From the human T2T-CHM13v2.0 reference genome, Homo sapiens: a DNA stretch of 64,000 bases. Shown in pieces: positions 1 to 14,691 of the stretch (positions are counted from its first letter, which is position 1; each line of letters begins with the position of its first letter). Both the position numbers and the translations under genes were made by a program. The stretch lies in NCBI RefSeq assembly GCF_009914755.1, contig NC_060930.1; one strand, given 5' to 3'. The notes under the pieces are model-generated. The model searched no databases, was not told the origin of the DNA, and was given only the letters and a program-made list of their open reading frames with translations.

Positions 1-401
1 GGGTACGGGCCACTTGCAGACACCAAGGAGGGTGCTGTAAAGAGTTGCAACCACGGCCCTGACTCGCTGGCCCTGCTGGCATTTATTCAGCACACATTAA
101 ATGACAAAGGCTTTGAGTCAACACTATTAGAGGGTAATTAACCTGGTTGCCCTCCCACCAAGAGAGCCATCCTGCGCGCAAATGATGAAAGGTTAGTTTT
201 AGGACCACATGAGTAAACAAGTTATTTAGATAAACTCCTCTACATTCCTCTGTATCTACATCCTGAGCTTTTAAGAGAATTCAGCTGCCTTCAGCCAAAC
301 ATTTTACTGAAGCTATGCAAACCCCCAGGCCTTCCAAGAAGGTTTGTGTTTATTTCCTATAATTTTACAATTTTTCCCACCATCCTGACTGAACCCCCAC
401 A
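1..401 (-). mobile_element. LTR22 (HERV-K HML-5) LTR, cut by the window edge
   Basis: The reverse complement starts TGTGGGGGTTCAGTCAGGATGGTGGGAAAAATTGTAA, the LTR22 5' end as I recall it. There is an AATAAA on the minus strand at about 82-87. Confidence 0.8.
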
Positions 402-533
402 TTTCCACACTCTAGTTTTTTGTTTCTGCACATCCTGGAGACTGAAGAAAGCTCTAGACCATTAGGATATCACTTGCTACTCTGCCTCTGTGGCCTGTGC
501 TGCAAATCTGAAAATGTCTTAAGGGGAAAATAA

Positions 534-887
<354 letters not shown>

Positions 888-2065
888 TGATTACTTTTTA
901 AATGCCATTTTAAAAAATTACCCCAAAGAAGCATTAATTAGACTGACATCTTGCTTGTCAACAGAAACACTGGAAGCCAGAAGCACATGCCATGGTATCT
1001 TTAACTTTGATACCAAAAACAGATAAATTCACTATGATATTTATAGTATAATTCATGGTATAATTTATCTTAAAGAAAATATTAGTACATTTTATCCAGC
1101 AGTATATAAAAAGTATGACACCAGGACTGAGTAGGATTTATTCCAGAAATTCAAGGTTGATTTAACATTTAAACATCAATTAATGTAATTAATTTAAAAA
1201 TAAAGAGAAAAATCGCATGATAATCTCAGCAGAGTGAGCAAAACCATGTGATATGTCAACATCCATTTATGTATATATTCTTAGTTCTTAACCAGACATG
1301 AAATTAAAAAGCTTTACAGGAAAATTATACCTAATAGTGAAACGTTAGAATCCTTTTGTCTGAGATTAAGAGTGATACAAGAATACTGCTATCCTCACAT
1401 CTATTCAATGTTGTAATGTACTTATAATAAGGAAAATAAATAGATAAATTAATAAAGGAAATAGGTTTTAAAAGAGTAAACATTTTATTGAATCTGATAT
1501 GATTGGGTACAAATCAAATAAAAAATCTACAGAAATATTTTCAGGATTAATATGTAAATTTAACATGGTTGCTGAATATAAGAGTGAGTAACATAAGAAA
1601 TCAATTGTATTCCTATATACCAGCAACAGTCAGGTAAAATACAATTTATAATATATTTTTCAGTAACATAAAAGTATTAAATGACTAGATACATATCTAA
1701 CAAAACATGTAGAAGACCTATACAGAAACCATAAAATATTATTGATAGACACTAAAGAAGTCCTAAATAAATGGAGAATTGTAGCATGATTGAAAGATTC
1801 GATATTGTAAAATTATTAATTCCCCCCAAATTTATTTATGAATTCAATTCAAAATCCCAACAGATTTTTTTTTAAACTTGAAAGCTAGTAATAAAATCTA
1901 CATAAAACTTCAGTGTCAAAATAGACAAGGCAATCTTGGTGAAGAAGAATGCAGGAAGACTTGCTCCACCAGATATTACATCTTACTATAAAGCTACAGG
2001 AATTAACACAGTGTGACAAAAATAGACAAATGGACCAGTGGAGCAGAACAGAGAGCCCAGAAACA

Positions 2066-2592
2066 TATTGTTTTGATTATCTATATCTACATAAGAAACC
2101 ATCCCAAAACTTAGTGGCTTAAACTCACAATCATTTGTTTTCCCTCATGATTCTGTAGACTTGGTAAGATGGTTCTTTTGCTTCATATGGTGTCAGCTGG
2201 AGCGGTAGTCTTTCTGTATCTTAATAGGTATGGAACTTTCTAGATGGCTTGTTCACATGTCTGCCATTTGGTTCTGGCTGTTGGCTGGGAGATTGTTAGA
2301 TTTGTTGATGACAACACCTCAGATCTCCCTCATTTGTCTTCTCCATGTGGCTTGGACCTCTCATAAGATGACAGCTGGGTTCCCAGAGGGAGTGTTCCAA
2401 GCACACAAAAGCGGATACTAGCCATTTCTTAAGATTTAGTCTTGGAAGTCATGCAGCATCACTTTTGCCACATTCTGATGATCAACTAAGGTTGCAGAGT
2501 TAGCGCATATTCAAGAGGAGTGGAAATATATTCTGCCTCTCAATAGCAAGAGTGACAAAGGATTTGCTATCATCTTTAGACCACCACCCACA
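2066..2592 (-). mobile_element. MaLR LTR (MLT1G/H-like) nested in L1
   Basis: MLT1 motifs cccaaaacttagtggcttaaa, ctccatgtggcttgg and cagcatcacttttgccacattctg. Confidence 0.8.
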
Positions 2593-2899
2593 GCCATGCA
2601 TATATGGGTACTAGACTAATGCAGAGGTGACACTGTGGGGAAAATTTTATCTTTTCAATTAAATGATACAGAGAGAACTGAATACTAATATGGAAAAAAG
2701 TGAAACTTGACCTTACATCAAACCCTAATAAAAAATAATTCCAGTTAGGGCTACACACTCAAATGTCAAGGCAAAAAAATAATGCTTTAAAAATGATATA
2801 GGAGAATGTCTTCATAATCTCGGGATAGGAAATGTTTTTTAAGCAGTACATAAAATGCATTAACTATAAAGGAAAATATTAATAAATTGGACTACTTTT

Positions 2900-3398
2900 T
2901 AGTTGTTGTCACCAGTGCCGATGTCACATTCCCTTGACTCATCTCTAATTTTAAACATAGCTAGTGGTTAGAGAGTTCTGTGCTGACTCAGACTCACCTC
3001 TGACAGCATCTCTCCTCAAGTTACATGGTTTATGTTCCATGGCTTAAATTTAGCAGCACCAGTGACTCTCTTGGCTAGTGTGAAAACACAGCCTTGGAGT
3101 GTGGGATTAAGACCCCTAAGCATAATCTCAAACAGCAAGGCGAGAAATGGGAAAAATGCTTCCATCTCCTGTCTTTCAGACAGACTGCGCTGAGAGGCAT
3201 TCTGTACAATTCACAGGAGTTTCTGCCAGAATGAAGCCCTACTTCCAACAGTAATGTCAACAACAACCTTTATATTGGCTTTTATTTCTGCCTGAATTCT
3301 CCCTATTCCTTCATCTCTGTTTCATAGGATCATTTTCCGCTTAGACTACCTGTACACAGGTGTTTGTCTTGGTTTTTGGAGAGACTCAAACCAAAACA
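2900..3398 (+). mobile_element. ERVL LTR16-like solo LTR nested in L1
   Basis: ctgagaggcattctgtac, cctttatattggcttt, ggatcattttcc, ending caaaccaaaaca (LTR16 ends ...aaactaagaca). Confidence 0.7.
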
Positions 3399-4269
3399 AT
3401 ATGAAAATTAAGAGTTCTGCTTATCAATCAATGTTCTTATTAAAGAGTGAAAAGATGGCTCACAGAGTGGAAGTATTTACTTCTAAACACTGTAACTGAA
3501 AAAATGCTTATATCCTAATTTTTTTTAAACCCTCTATAAGAAAAAAAATTACAATCCTTTAAAAAAATGGATGTCTTGTGAACAGGCCTTTTACCAAAGA
3601 TATATAAAAATGGCCAATGAACAAAGGGGAAAGGTACTTAACTGCTAGTTCAAATTAAAGTATAGTAAGACGCCACTATACACCCATCAGAATGATGAAC
3701 ATTAAGAATCAGAATAATACCGTTAGCCATTCAAATTCTCCTATCTACCTAGTGGAAATATGAATTGAAACAACCAATTTGGTAAACTGAGATCATCTAC
3801 CGAAGTTGAAGATATGCATACACTTTGACCTAGTAATTCCATTCCAGGATACAAACCTCTTAGAAATATTTGCACATGTGCCCGCATGTTGTTTGTAACA
3901 GTTAATAACTACAAAGGATCCAAATGTCCAATCATCCTACAATGATTGGAGAATATATATAGTGTAGTTAATACAATGAGATCTAATACAGCAACGAAAA
4001 TGACAATCCTGGAGTGATATCCAACAACATTATATAATCTATGTAATGTATATTTAAACATACACAAAATAATATGCACTGCATACTTCCATATATAAAC
4101 ATATATGGAACATAATACTGAGTTATGTTTAGTAATGAGTACATCTCGGTAAAAGTACAAAAAAAGCAGGATGTAATAATCATAAAATTAGAATGGTGGT
4201 TACAGAAGAACAAGAGTGGTGTGATTGGGAGTGGGCATACGGGAGAAGTCTAAGGTACTGATTTTTTTA

Positions 4270-5220
4270 ATAAACTAAATATCAAGGTGAACAATTATGG
4301 AGAAATTCAAACATAAATAAAAGCAAATAAAACAATTTGATAAACTTCCATATGCTTACCACCCGTTTCAAAATGATCAATTTATGGCCTATCTTATTTC
4401 ATCTCTACTATCCTATTACTCTTATACCCATAACATGGATCATTTTGGAGCAAAATCTCACACATCATATTATTTTATGGGTAAATATTTTTATGTATCT
4501 ATAAAAGATAAGATATTAAAAACATGCATTCATAAAACCATTATCACATCCAGAAGCTTAATATTAATTTCATAACATCATTAGTTACCCAGTGTTCACT
4601 GGGTAAAATATCAGTGTTTACTGGTATTCCCAATTATTTCAACAGTTGGTTTGTTCAAATCAGTATCCACAAAATGTATCACATCTTATATTTGGCTGCT
4701 ATTCCTCTTGAGTGGGGTGACTGTGCATTCTAGATTGTCCAGAATCCCATTTTCAATAGCATCCCTTTTCTGTTTCTGAAATATCCTGTGTTGGGTGAAA
4801 ATGTATATGGTTGCTCTATACTTAAGTCTCTTTTCATCTTTAAGCTCCCATTTCCTTCCTTTACCTTTTCTTTTACATTTTGTTTTTGTTATTAGAAGAA
4901 ACTAGGCCTTTTGTCCTATGGTGTTTTTTACAGTCTTATTTGCTTATTACATCTCTCTGGTGTTGTTGAATATGTTCCTCTGTCTGCTGTATTTCTTGTA
5001 ACTGGAAGTTAGAGTATTCTCCCCCTAGAGTTTGATGTATTTCAGATTCCATTTGGATCAGGAGTTGGGGGTCGAGGAGGGAATACTTCATAGATGATGT
5101 TGTTTACTTCTGTTAGAAAGAATGTAACATCCATTTGTCTCTCAGTAAGTTTAGCAGTCATTGATTATTATTATCTAGGTGTATTATTTCAAAAAGAATT
5201 TGCAAAATGCTGATATTAGT
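4270..5220 (-). mobile_element. L1MC-type 3' end fragment
   Basis: aaattcaaacata...ccacccgtttcaaaatgatcaatttatggcctatcttatttcatct resembles the L1MC4/5 3' terminus. Confidence 0.6.
4714..4818. mobile_element. hAT-Blackjack MITE (MER94/MER81-like)
   Basis: Decayed TIRs ggggtgactgtg ... tatatggttgctcta (consensus TAGGGTGACCAT ... ATGGTCACCCTA). Confidence 0.45.
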
Positions 5221-6299
5221 TCTGTCTCTTGATCTAGGAGGTATTTATATGGGTGTGGCTTTATAATACACTGTATTTCATTCAGCCATTTATGGAATTT
5301 TCTGCATATATGTTGTTTCATGAAATATATTAAACACACGTATATAACTACATATGTGTATGATGAATTAGTGAAAATATTTTAAAATTAAAGTTAGGAA
5401 ATTAATACGTTTTGCATGTTAGGCAGAAATTATTGACTTACCAAAAGGAAATTTCCTCACTACTCTCAATACTAAAAGTAAGTTTTAAATAATGATGATT
5501 GATATGTCATCCCAATGTGGCCAATTGTTTAGGAAAGTGTCTAAGCTTGCTATGTTGAACTGATGTGAGAAATGTAGAAAAAGTAGAATGTGATAATGGT
5601 GAACAGGAAGAGGACATGTTGTGGCTTCATGACAGTTAAAGATTATAGTGTTTGATGAATAACTAAGAGATATGCCATTGTAAAAATGATAACTTGATTG
5701 GACTTTTGGATCTCAAAGAATTATAAATATTTATTCTATATGATGATTATAGACTGATTTATGTGTCTTATACACTGTATTCCAATTGATTCTAGATATC
5801 ATCTCCTAGGAGAGATTAACCAAAGTAATACAGCTAGATTTAAAAATTTACAAAAGTTATAAAGTTCCTCCCTGACAGGAAAAATTGAATTTTTTTTTCT
5901 ATTTCGTAGTGGGAGTGAAATTAAGAGTTGATAACTTTCTTGCTAAGGAGGTATTACTATCACAAAGAAAGTAAAACTACATTTTGAAACGTATTTCTCA
6001 GTGATGATAGGTAACTGAATTTAATTACTTCTGGGAAATGCAAAAGGAAAAAATTAACCTCATTGGCCCTTGGGAAAATCTGACATCGTATTCTGGAGGT
6101 CTCTGATTTAAATTCAGTTTATATTGCTTACTAGTGGCCAATAAACTCCAACAAGCTTCTTATATATTGATTGGTATTTATTGTAGATCTTTCAACTTGG
6201 TTAATAGTCTTTTTCTAAGCTATCATCTTGATGATGCATCTATTTCCCTAGTCTCACTCTACTTTGGTTTCTATTATTTGAAGCATCTTTTTCACTGGA

Positions 6300-6480
6300 G
6301 AGAATAGAGCATAGAAGTTGAAAAGACTGATATCTGAATACAGACTGCGTTGTAGCTATGTGACCTTGGACAAGTTTCTTAACCTCTTCTTGCCTTATTT
6401 TCTTTGCTTGTAGAATGATAATAATAGTATGTCTCATTTATCTGTAGTAGTGATTAAATACATAACACATCCACAGCAAA
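6300..6480 (+). mobile_element. MIR
   Basis: MIR core tagctatgtgaccttggacaagtttcttaacctct. Confidence 0.8.
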
Positions 6481-8079
6481 TAATAGTTATCTCCCGTGTG
6501 CTTCAGCAGCTCGTTTACTTAGTCGTATATTAAAGATGTCACTGCCAGAACTATTCTATCATTTAGATCTTGAACCCTAAAAATATCTATTCTGATTACA
6601 ACATTCTTGCCTTCTAAATGCAGTTTCTTTCATTCCCTCATGACTAAGATTCCCCTTTTTCTCTAGTTCCTTGAGCTATTCTTACATCCTAGTTCCAGTG
6701 GTTTCCAAATGTTTATACTTCATGGGCCAAAAAAAAAAAAAAAAAATCGAGAGACCAGTGAAGTATTATCAATTTATTGGCAAGTAAGAATGTTAAAATA
6801 ACAAACACCATCACATGTTGAAGTTATGAAATTATTTGTGTTATTTTGAAAAACGTGTTATCTGATAAACTACATACTTCACTAGGTAGACTCATGAGGA
6901 ATCTACCTTGATCACCTAGAATGTGCAGATCTAGTGCCTAAGGTATGATACTAACTTCAAGAAATACAGTATTTTTTAGAATGAGTAGGTTAAAAATCTC
7001 CAACATTTAATAAAGGTAACATATTTTAGCAAAAAATGAAAGTTGAAATTTGTAAATCAAATGTGTATGTGGAAAGTGTTCAGTGCCAAAAATAACAGCA
7101 TTAAAACAATATGTTACTGTTTTGCTGATACAGGTTTTCAATTCATTAATTTGTATTCAGTAGTGAAATACAAAATGAAGCTCACATGTCCAAACTTTCC
7201 TGGTACTTTGTTCTTTAAACTGCAGTTAGTGCCAATACTCTAGATTCAGATAAGTGTGTTGGTGAAATTGTAAGCTACACTCCTAAGGCAACTTCAAAAT
7301 TCAGAAAATTTTGGTCAGAGCCTGGCTGGGTCATGTCACTGTCTCAGACAGGCCAATCATTTTAAACCCAATTATGTATTTGTTTGACAACTATACAGTA
7401 GGATTGGGGCAGAGACTTAATTTCTCCTATTAAAATGTAAATGCCCCTTCATTTAATATCTTTATGTTAGTTATCTCATTGTACTCTTCTTTGAGTTCCC
7501 TTAAATTAAATTTCACTCACACATGAACTTAATGAATAAAGTAAAATTTAGGAAAATGAAAAGAAAGGGCATGGATTACACAGTGCATTTTTTCTAATTT
7601 AAGTAATATATTTCTTGGAAGTTCCCAATTCCTTTTCTCAGCCTCATAGGCATTAAAATCATTTCTTCTTGGTGTTCTCCATCATTCCTGGCCTCTGTCT
7701 CCAGTAAAGTCTTATTTGATTATTCCTGAAATACTTTTTTTGTTTTCAATTTCTCCTTCCTAATCCAGGGAAAGAAAAGGAATGTGAGTTGACCCTCTTA
7801 AGCAGATGAGATAGATGTAGTTTTAAAATAAAAACTCTTAAGGTGAGCCTCCTACTAAACAAGTATCTCTAAGTTTCAGGCAAATATGAGGAGTAAAAGA
7901 CACTGTAAAGTTCGACATGATTACGAGCTTGTTAGAGTTCCTGTTAGCTCAAAGAATAACCTTAGAGCTACTCATCTTGTAAATTACTTACTGGCTTGAT
8001 TTTGTGATGGAATTCTGCAAGTTGCTGGTGGTAAACAGTGCAGGAACTGGCAGAGGATTGCCAGGAGGGTTAAATAGGC

Positions 8080-8250
8080 AATCCTGAATTCAAATACTGC
8101 CAATGATGTTTATATTGCTACCATTGTGATTATGAAATAATTGGCCTGAGCTACAAATTCTTCATTGGTGAAAAGGAAATAAAATAGCATCCATCTCCAA
8201 AACTGTTAGGATTAAGTACCTGAGTGCCTGACATATAGTATTCACTCTGT
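8080..8250 (+). mobile_element. MIR (decayed)
   Basis: ctgaattcaaatactgcc...ttcttcattggtgaaaaggaaataaaatag...gtgcctgacatatagta. Confidence 0.55.
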
Positions 8251-8887
8251 TGAGCACACGTTCTCCTTCCCATCACTTCTAGTCTCCATACCCTCCTCAA
8301 AGCTAATTAGGATAAAGGAGAAACAATAACTTTAGAGCCTAAGGTAAATCAATAAACAATCCAACTAGTTCATACTGATTATTCTATATAGAACTATGCT
8401 GGATTGTAGGGGGATAGAAAATATTGTAAAATATAGTCTCTGTTGGAGGCTCCTATAGCCTAGAGACATGGATCCTTGAGATAGGGAGGAATCTTAAACC
8501 TTGTCTAGTTTATGTAACTACCTCCTCTCCAACAGATAAGACCTGAGATAAGTAGGCAGTAATACACAACAGTAGCTTATCAGGTGCTTCAGAGATTTAA
8601 ACTGCATAATAGAGTGGATATTTCCTGAGAGGAAACCTAGATGGCCAACATGAGGTTCCTTATGGGTGGTTTTACTTATCTTGTCCAGTTGACCATAATC
8701 TACATTGTTAGCACGCAGCCAGTGGCTTAGTGTCTTTGTGTGAAAGCACATGTTTAACATATTTCAGTTATTGATGAATATCCTAGAATGCCAATTCATA
8801 AAGGTAAATGAGAAATTTATTGTCATGTCTAATGAAATACTCATCTATTCATGAACAGCCTCTTTTTATGGGGAAATCGTACATTAG

Positions 8888-8978
8888 TGTATGTGTGTGT
8901 GTGTGCGTGGGGGCATGCACGTGTATGTGTGTGTATATGTATATATGTGTGTGTGTATATGGAAATTATATATATATG
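8888..8978. repeat. (TG)n/(TA)n compound microsatellite
   Basis: Directly visible alternating TG/TA run. Confidence 0.9.
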
Positions 8979-9626
8979 AATCCAAATTAAAATCAGAAGG
9001 TAGATAGGGCATCAAAAATTAATTGAAGAAATTTAGATGACCTTAAGAAGTGTACCACTAAAGTAGCTTGAAATTCTTTTTTCTCATAATAGGGATATTC
9101 TTGCCAATGGATGGTAATGCTTATGTGGTAGTAGGCATAGTATGGAGTAATATAAGGAGAAGTGGCTAGTGTTAGAAATAATGGGAAATAAAAAATTATG
9201 AACAAGGTTATAACCTTCTGATAGGGGGTTAATTATGTACCAGTTAAAAATGGAAAGAATGCCTTTTGTTTATTTTAATTTTCTATATGAAATAATGTGG
9301 CATTTTTCAGAGTATTCCTTCAGTACATGTTCCTGAATATTTCTAACATTTTCTTTTTACCCATGGCCCAGGAAAATATGTCAGAATTAGAGGGAAAGGC
9401 ATATATTAATAACTAGAATGCCTACATTTTCCTTTTGTCCCTAAATAAATGTTAGTTTTCTAATTTATCTCTAAGCATTTGTAAAAATGCAAATAATGAA
9501 TTCCAGGTGGTTGTTTAATATGCTTATTTGATTATCTACATGATACAAGATACAGAAGTAGGCTTATGGGGAAAAAGGTAAATAATAAACCCTGTCTTCA
9601 ATAAACTCTGTCTTCAAGCAGCTTGA

Positions 9627-9976
<350 letters not shown>

Positions 9977-10039
9977 AAAAATAAAAATTTTAAACGTTAT
10001 ATTATATTGATTATATAATAATGTCAGTTACTTAGAATT

Positions 10040-10340
10040 GATTCAATAAACAGTTATGAATAGCTACTTTGGGCACAGTTTTGGGCTCTGTGTTAAAGAT
10101 ACCACCATTGAAGATTCCTGCCTTTGAGGCACTAATTGGGGGTTGTTTCACTTGAATTGTTTAGATGCCAGGTATACAGAGACGATGTAAAGGGAAGATA
10201 CAAAGATAGGATGGGGAGGTGACTTAAGGAAGACTTCCTGAGAAGGTGATTTCAGTATTGGGCCTGAAAGGATATGGGTTGATAAAAACAATGTAAGACA
10301 GATCAGTAGCTGGCACAGGCAGTAGGAGTGGGTTGATACT
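10040..10340 (-). mobile_element. L2 3' end fragment
   Basis: attcaataaacagttatgaatagctac...cctgcctttgagg...ggaagacttcctgagaagg. Confidence 0.55.
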
Positions 10341-10639
10341 TGCATGATTGTTGTAGGGGTGGTGGAGAATAGCACAAGCAACAATATGGGCTTAGGAAAG
10401 AACAATTTTGCCTCAAGGAAGAGTGTCAGCTTCCATGTTGCTTTTCCTTTGAAAAATCTGTTATGTCTTCTTTCTACTCTGAATTTTTCTGTATCATAGT
10501 TCTTTATAGACAAGGATAACATGATATTGCTTATTAAGCTTTTAGGAATTTGGTTGCTAGACTAATCTGAAGTGACCAAGGACTAAGGAGGAAACCCATT
10601 GATCCTAGTCCATGATGAAAAACGGTACAGAAAGTTTTG

Positions 10640-10895
10640 TACCATCTGGTCATTAATGGATCCAGAAGCTCCTCTTGCTTTAATGCTATCCCCTTCAACA
10701 TTTAGGGATACCAGCTCACCCTGCTATCCTATAGGCAGTGGATAGAAAAAGAGAGAGTGGTGTCTTGTGCAGCAGGCTTTAGGAGGCAGGATTTGAAGTG
10801 GCATACATCACTTCCATCTATATTCTGTTGGTCATAACTCGGCTATGTGGTTCCCTCTAACTGTGAGGAGGGCTGGGAAATGCAGACTTTGTGTT
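10640..10895 (-). mobile_element. Old MaLR LTR (MLT1J/K/L-like)
   Basis: gaagtggcatacatcacttccatctatattctgttggtca...ctaactgtgaggagggctgggaaatgcag. Confidence 0.65.
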
Positions 10896-11539
10896 CTTCA
10901 CAGGGCCCCTGAGCAATTAGACAATCTAGATCCTACATGGACCTATGAGGCATGGTTCTGTGTATCTAAGGATGTTATCAGGGAAATCAGAATTAGCTGA
11001 TTAGCCAAATTAGGCACTGTTTGCCCTCTCCCCTGCCAGTTTATAGCTAAAGAAAATTTGTATGGCAGTAGTATAGTCGTTACATAAACAAAAGTCCAAG
11101 ATAATTAGTAGAGACCCTTGTGTATGATGTATTACATATCTCAGTAAAGCTGCATAAAAATACAGGAATTGTTGATATTATTAGCTTAATAGGTATCACT
11201 GTACACTGGAGTCTAGTGGGTCACCACTAAATCCTCGGCACCTCTCTCATCACCCTTCATGGTTGTTCATCTTTGCCTTTTTGATGTTTGTGCATGTTTT
11301 TAGAGATTTATGCATAAAGGTCCAGTAAGCATGCAGAGAGACATCTTGTCTCTCCCATTCACCTCTGTTTTCCCTGTACCTAGCCCTGGGTTCACTTACT
11401 ATGTGATAAAGTCTAAAGAAATGAATTTATGTTTATGTGAGACTTCAAATATGTCTGTATATGCAGTTACATTTGTCTATTTTAATTCTGTAAGTTTATA
11501 ATCTCCTTTAACTTTGAAATCTATTAATAGAGTATAGTA

Positions 11540-11843
11540 TTTTTTTTTTTTTTTGGAGGTGGAGTTTCGCTCTGCCGCCCAGACTGGAGTGCAGTGGTGC
11601 AATCTCGGCTCACGGCTCACTGTAACCTCCACCTCCCAGGTTCAAGTGATTCTCGTGCCTCAGCCTCCTGAGTAGCTAGGACTATGGACGTTCACCACCA
11701 TGCCTGGCTAAGTTTTGTATTTTTACCAGAGATGGGATTTCACCATGTTGGCCAGGCTAGTCTTGAACTCCTGACCTCAGGCAATCCACCCGCCTCAGCC
11801 TCCCAAAGTCTGGAATTACGGGGGTGAGCCACCACGCCTGGCC
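11540..11843 (-). mobile_element. AluS (Sx/Sz-like)
   Basis: Full dimer. TSD AGTATTTT at 11536-11543 and 11844-11851. Confidence 0.95.
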
Positions 11844-12614
11844 AGTATTTTCCTATTTATTTTTTCTCTGATAGTCTTAGTGTTCATCGTATTTTTAGTA
11901 AATGCGTATTTACTGAGTAATGGTGATTCTTCAGTTGCATACACTATACACTGAGTAGTAAATTTTACATAGATGTTCTTATCCATTCTAGCCTAGTACA
12001 TACTTGCTGCAGAGTCAAATATATAATATGTTTCTTTTATGCTTGGCTTTACTCCAAGTACAATGCATAGATTTGTTTTTAGCTTCATGCTAGCTTCTGA
12101 TGCATTATATTTTCATACTGTTTAATGATAGTTTTCTTTCACTGAATCATTATTGAATGAAAGGAAGATATTACAGATAATAAGGGTGTGTGTATGTGTT
12201 TGCATATTTGTGTGTGTGTGTTTACTGTTGATATTATATGGGTGGGTTTTTAGTAGCTCTTACTCCAAAATAAACACAAATATTTCTTAGTATCAAGTCT
12301 TTTTTTTTTCTAAGTGGCATCTATACTTTTCTTTTTGTGCATGAATGAGTGATAGCTGAAAAGTGATTGCAGTGGTTTCATAGCTTAATAAATTAGTATG
12401 TAGGAGATTAACTGTCTTAATCAATGAAAAATTATTCCTTTCTGATCTCAGAAAGATCCAATAAAAGGGGTAACATATATAACCTTGTTCTTTTAGAGGC
12501 TGCAAATGAACTGTAAAATTATTAGGCACAGTTTAATTGCCTTTTATAGCTATGTTGAGAAGAGCATATATACATGATCTCTTATAGTGGGGAGTGGGGA
12601 ACAAAACATGTCTC

Positions 12615-12916
<302 letters not shown>

Positions 12917-13164
12917 ATGCCTCCCTTTTAACATGAATAAATTGTATTACAAACATAGTGAAAGTAAGAACATATATTTTTTGGAAAAATTGTTTCATAG
13001 TACATATGTCTTGATTAACATATTCAAGGGATTCATTGTGAAATTATAAATAAATGACAGATTCAAATTTAGAAAAGCTGTACCGAATTTTAAACTGAAT
13101 ATACCTGCTTTTATTTATTTATTTTACTTTTTCTAAAATTTTTAAAGCATTATTCGCATTGGTA

Positions 13165-13340
13165 GAGTGTGGAACAGTGGAAAGAACACAGTATTTGTGG
13201 TTATGTAGCATGGGTTCAAATACTGATGTTGTCCCCTGTGTACTCTGTGACATTTGTCACATTATTTTGAAGGCTCAGTTTGCTATTCTATAAAGCAAAT
13301 ATAATGATACTTCATGCAAGGTTGTTGAGGAAATTATGAA
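13165..13340 (+). mobile_element. MIR
   Basis: cagtggaaagaacaca...tgggttcaaatactg...ctcagtttgctattctataaa...gttgttgagg. Confidence 0.7.
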
Positions 13341-13407
13341 TTGTCTATGTGATCTATACATATATAGCACTCAGCTCCTATACAAGTTATTCTATGACTT
13401 ATACACG

Positions 13408-13487
13408 AGTGCGTGCACGCGCGCACACACACACACACACACAGTCTCTCTCTTCCCCATGCCCTCTCTGTCCCTCTCTCTCTCTCT
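13408..13487. repeat. (CG/CA)n followed by (CT)n microsatellite
   Basis: gcgtgcacgcgcgcacacacac...tctctc. Confidence 0.9.
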
Positions 13488-13663
13488 AATAAAGTCTCCT
13501 CTCCCTGACACAGTAGAAAGGGAGAGGTATGAATGGGGTACTCTCTTGTAATAAGCTACTTGGGACTGCTCCAGCAGAGGTCCAAGCAAGGTAATGATTG
13601 ATACCTTGTGGGAAGATTGCTAAAGGCCAATTGCTGATTTTTGTAGAATCATAGCTTCTGTAA

Positions 13664-14084
<421 letters not shown>

Positions 14085-14421
14085 TAACCTTACTCTTATG
14101 TTTTAATGTACAATGAAATGGAAGTATCAGCTTCATAAGAGCTAGAGATCAGTCAAAGATATTTGTATTATTTTTTTCTTCTCATCTAAGACAATATGAC
14201 TCAGAGTTCACATGTGACCTGCACATCATTTAATCTCAGCTGAAGGTTGGTTGCTGGCTTGAGCACAGAGGATCTTTACCTTAACTTACAGCCAAGTCCT
14301 GAGGTCACCATAGGACAGCTTCTTCAAAAACAGGACGTCTGCCCTTACAGGAAAAACAAGGGCCACAGTGACAGTCGGTCACACCATCTTGGCTAATTTA
14401 AGGCACAAAAGGATTGTCCCC

Positions 14422-14691
14422 TTATTAATATCCCAGGGCTACGATAATCACCACAAATTTGGTGGCATAAAACAATAGAAATTTATTCTTTCAAAATTTT
14501 GGAGGGTAGAAGTTCAAAATAAAGGTGTCAATTGGCAAGGCCACACTCCCTTCAAAGGCTCTAGGGAGGCATCCTTTCCTACCTCGTCAATTTCTGGTGG
14601 CTCCAGGAATTCCTTGGCTTCCGGCCATATCACTCCAATCTCTGTCTCCATCTCACATTGCCTTCTTTTCTGTGTGACTTATCCTCTTCTG
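14422..14691 (-). mobile_element. MaLR LTR (MLT1B/C-like), truncated at the L1PB1
   Basis: ccacaaatttggtggcataaaacaatagaaatttattct...aaggctctaggga...cactccaatctctg. Confidence 0.85.

Larger units (their letters stand above)
1085..4260 (+). mobile_element. Old L1 (L1ME/L1M-type) ORF2 plus 3' end, interrupted by two LTRs
   Basis: Decayed RT-region sequence (gtaggatttattccagaaattcaaggttgatttaacatt) and gagagcccagaaa. L1 sequence resumes at about 2595 and 3399 after the insertions. Confidence 0.8.
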
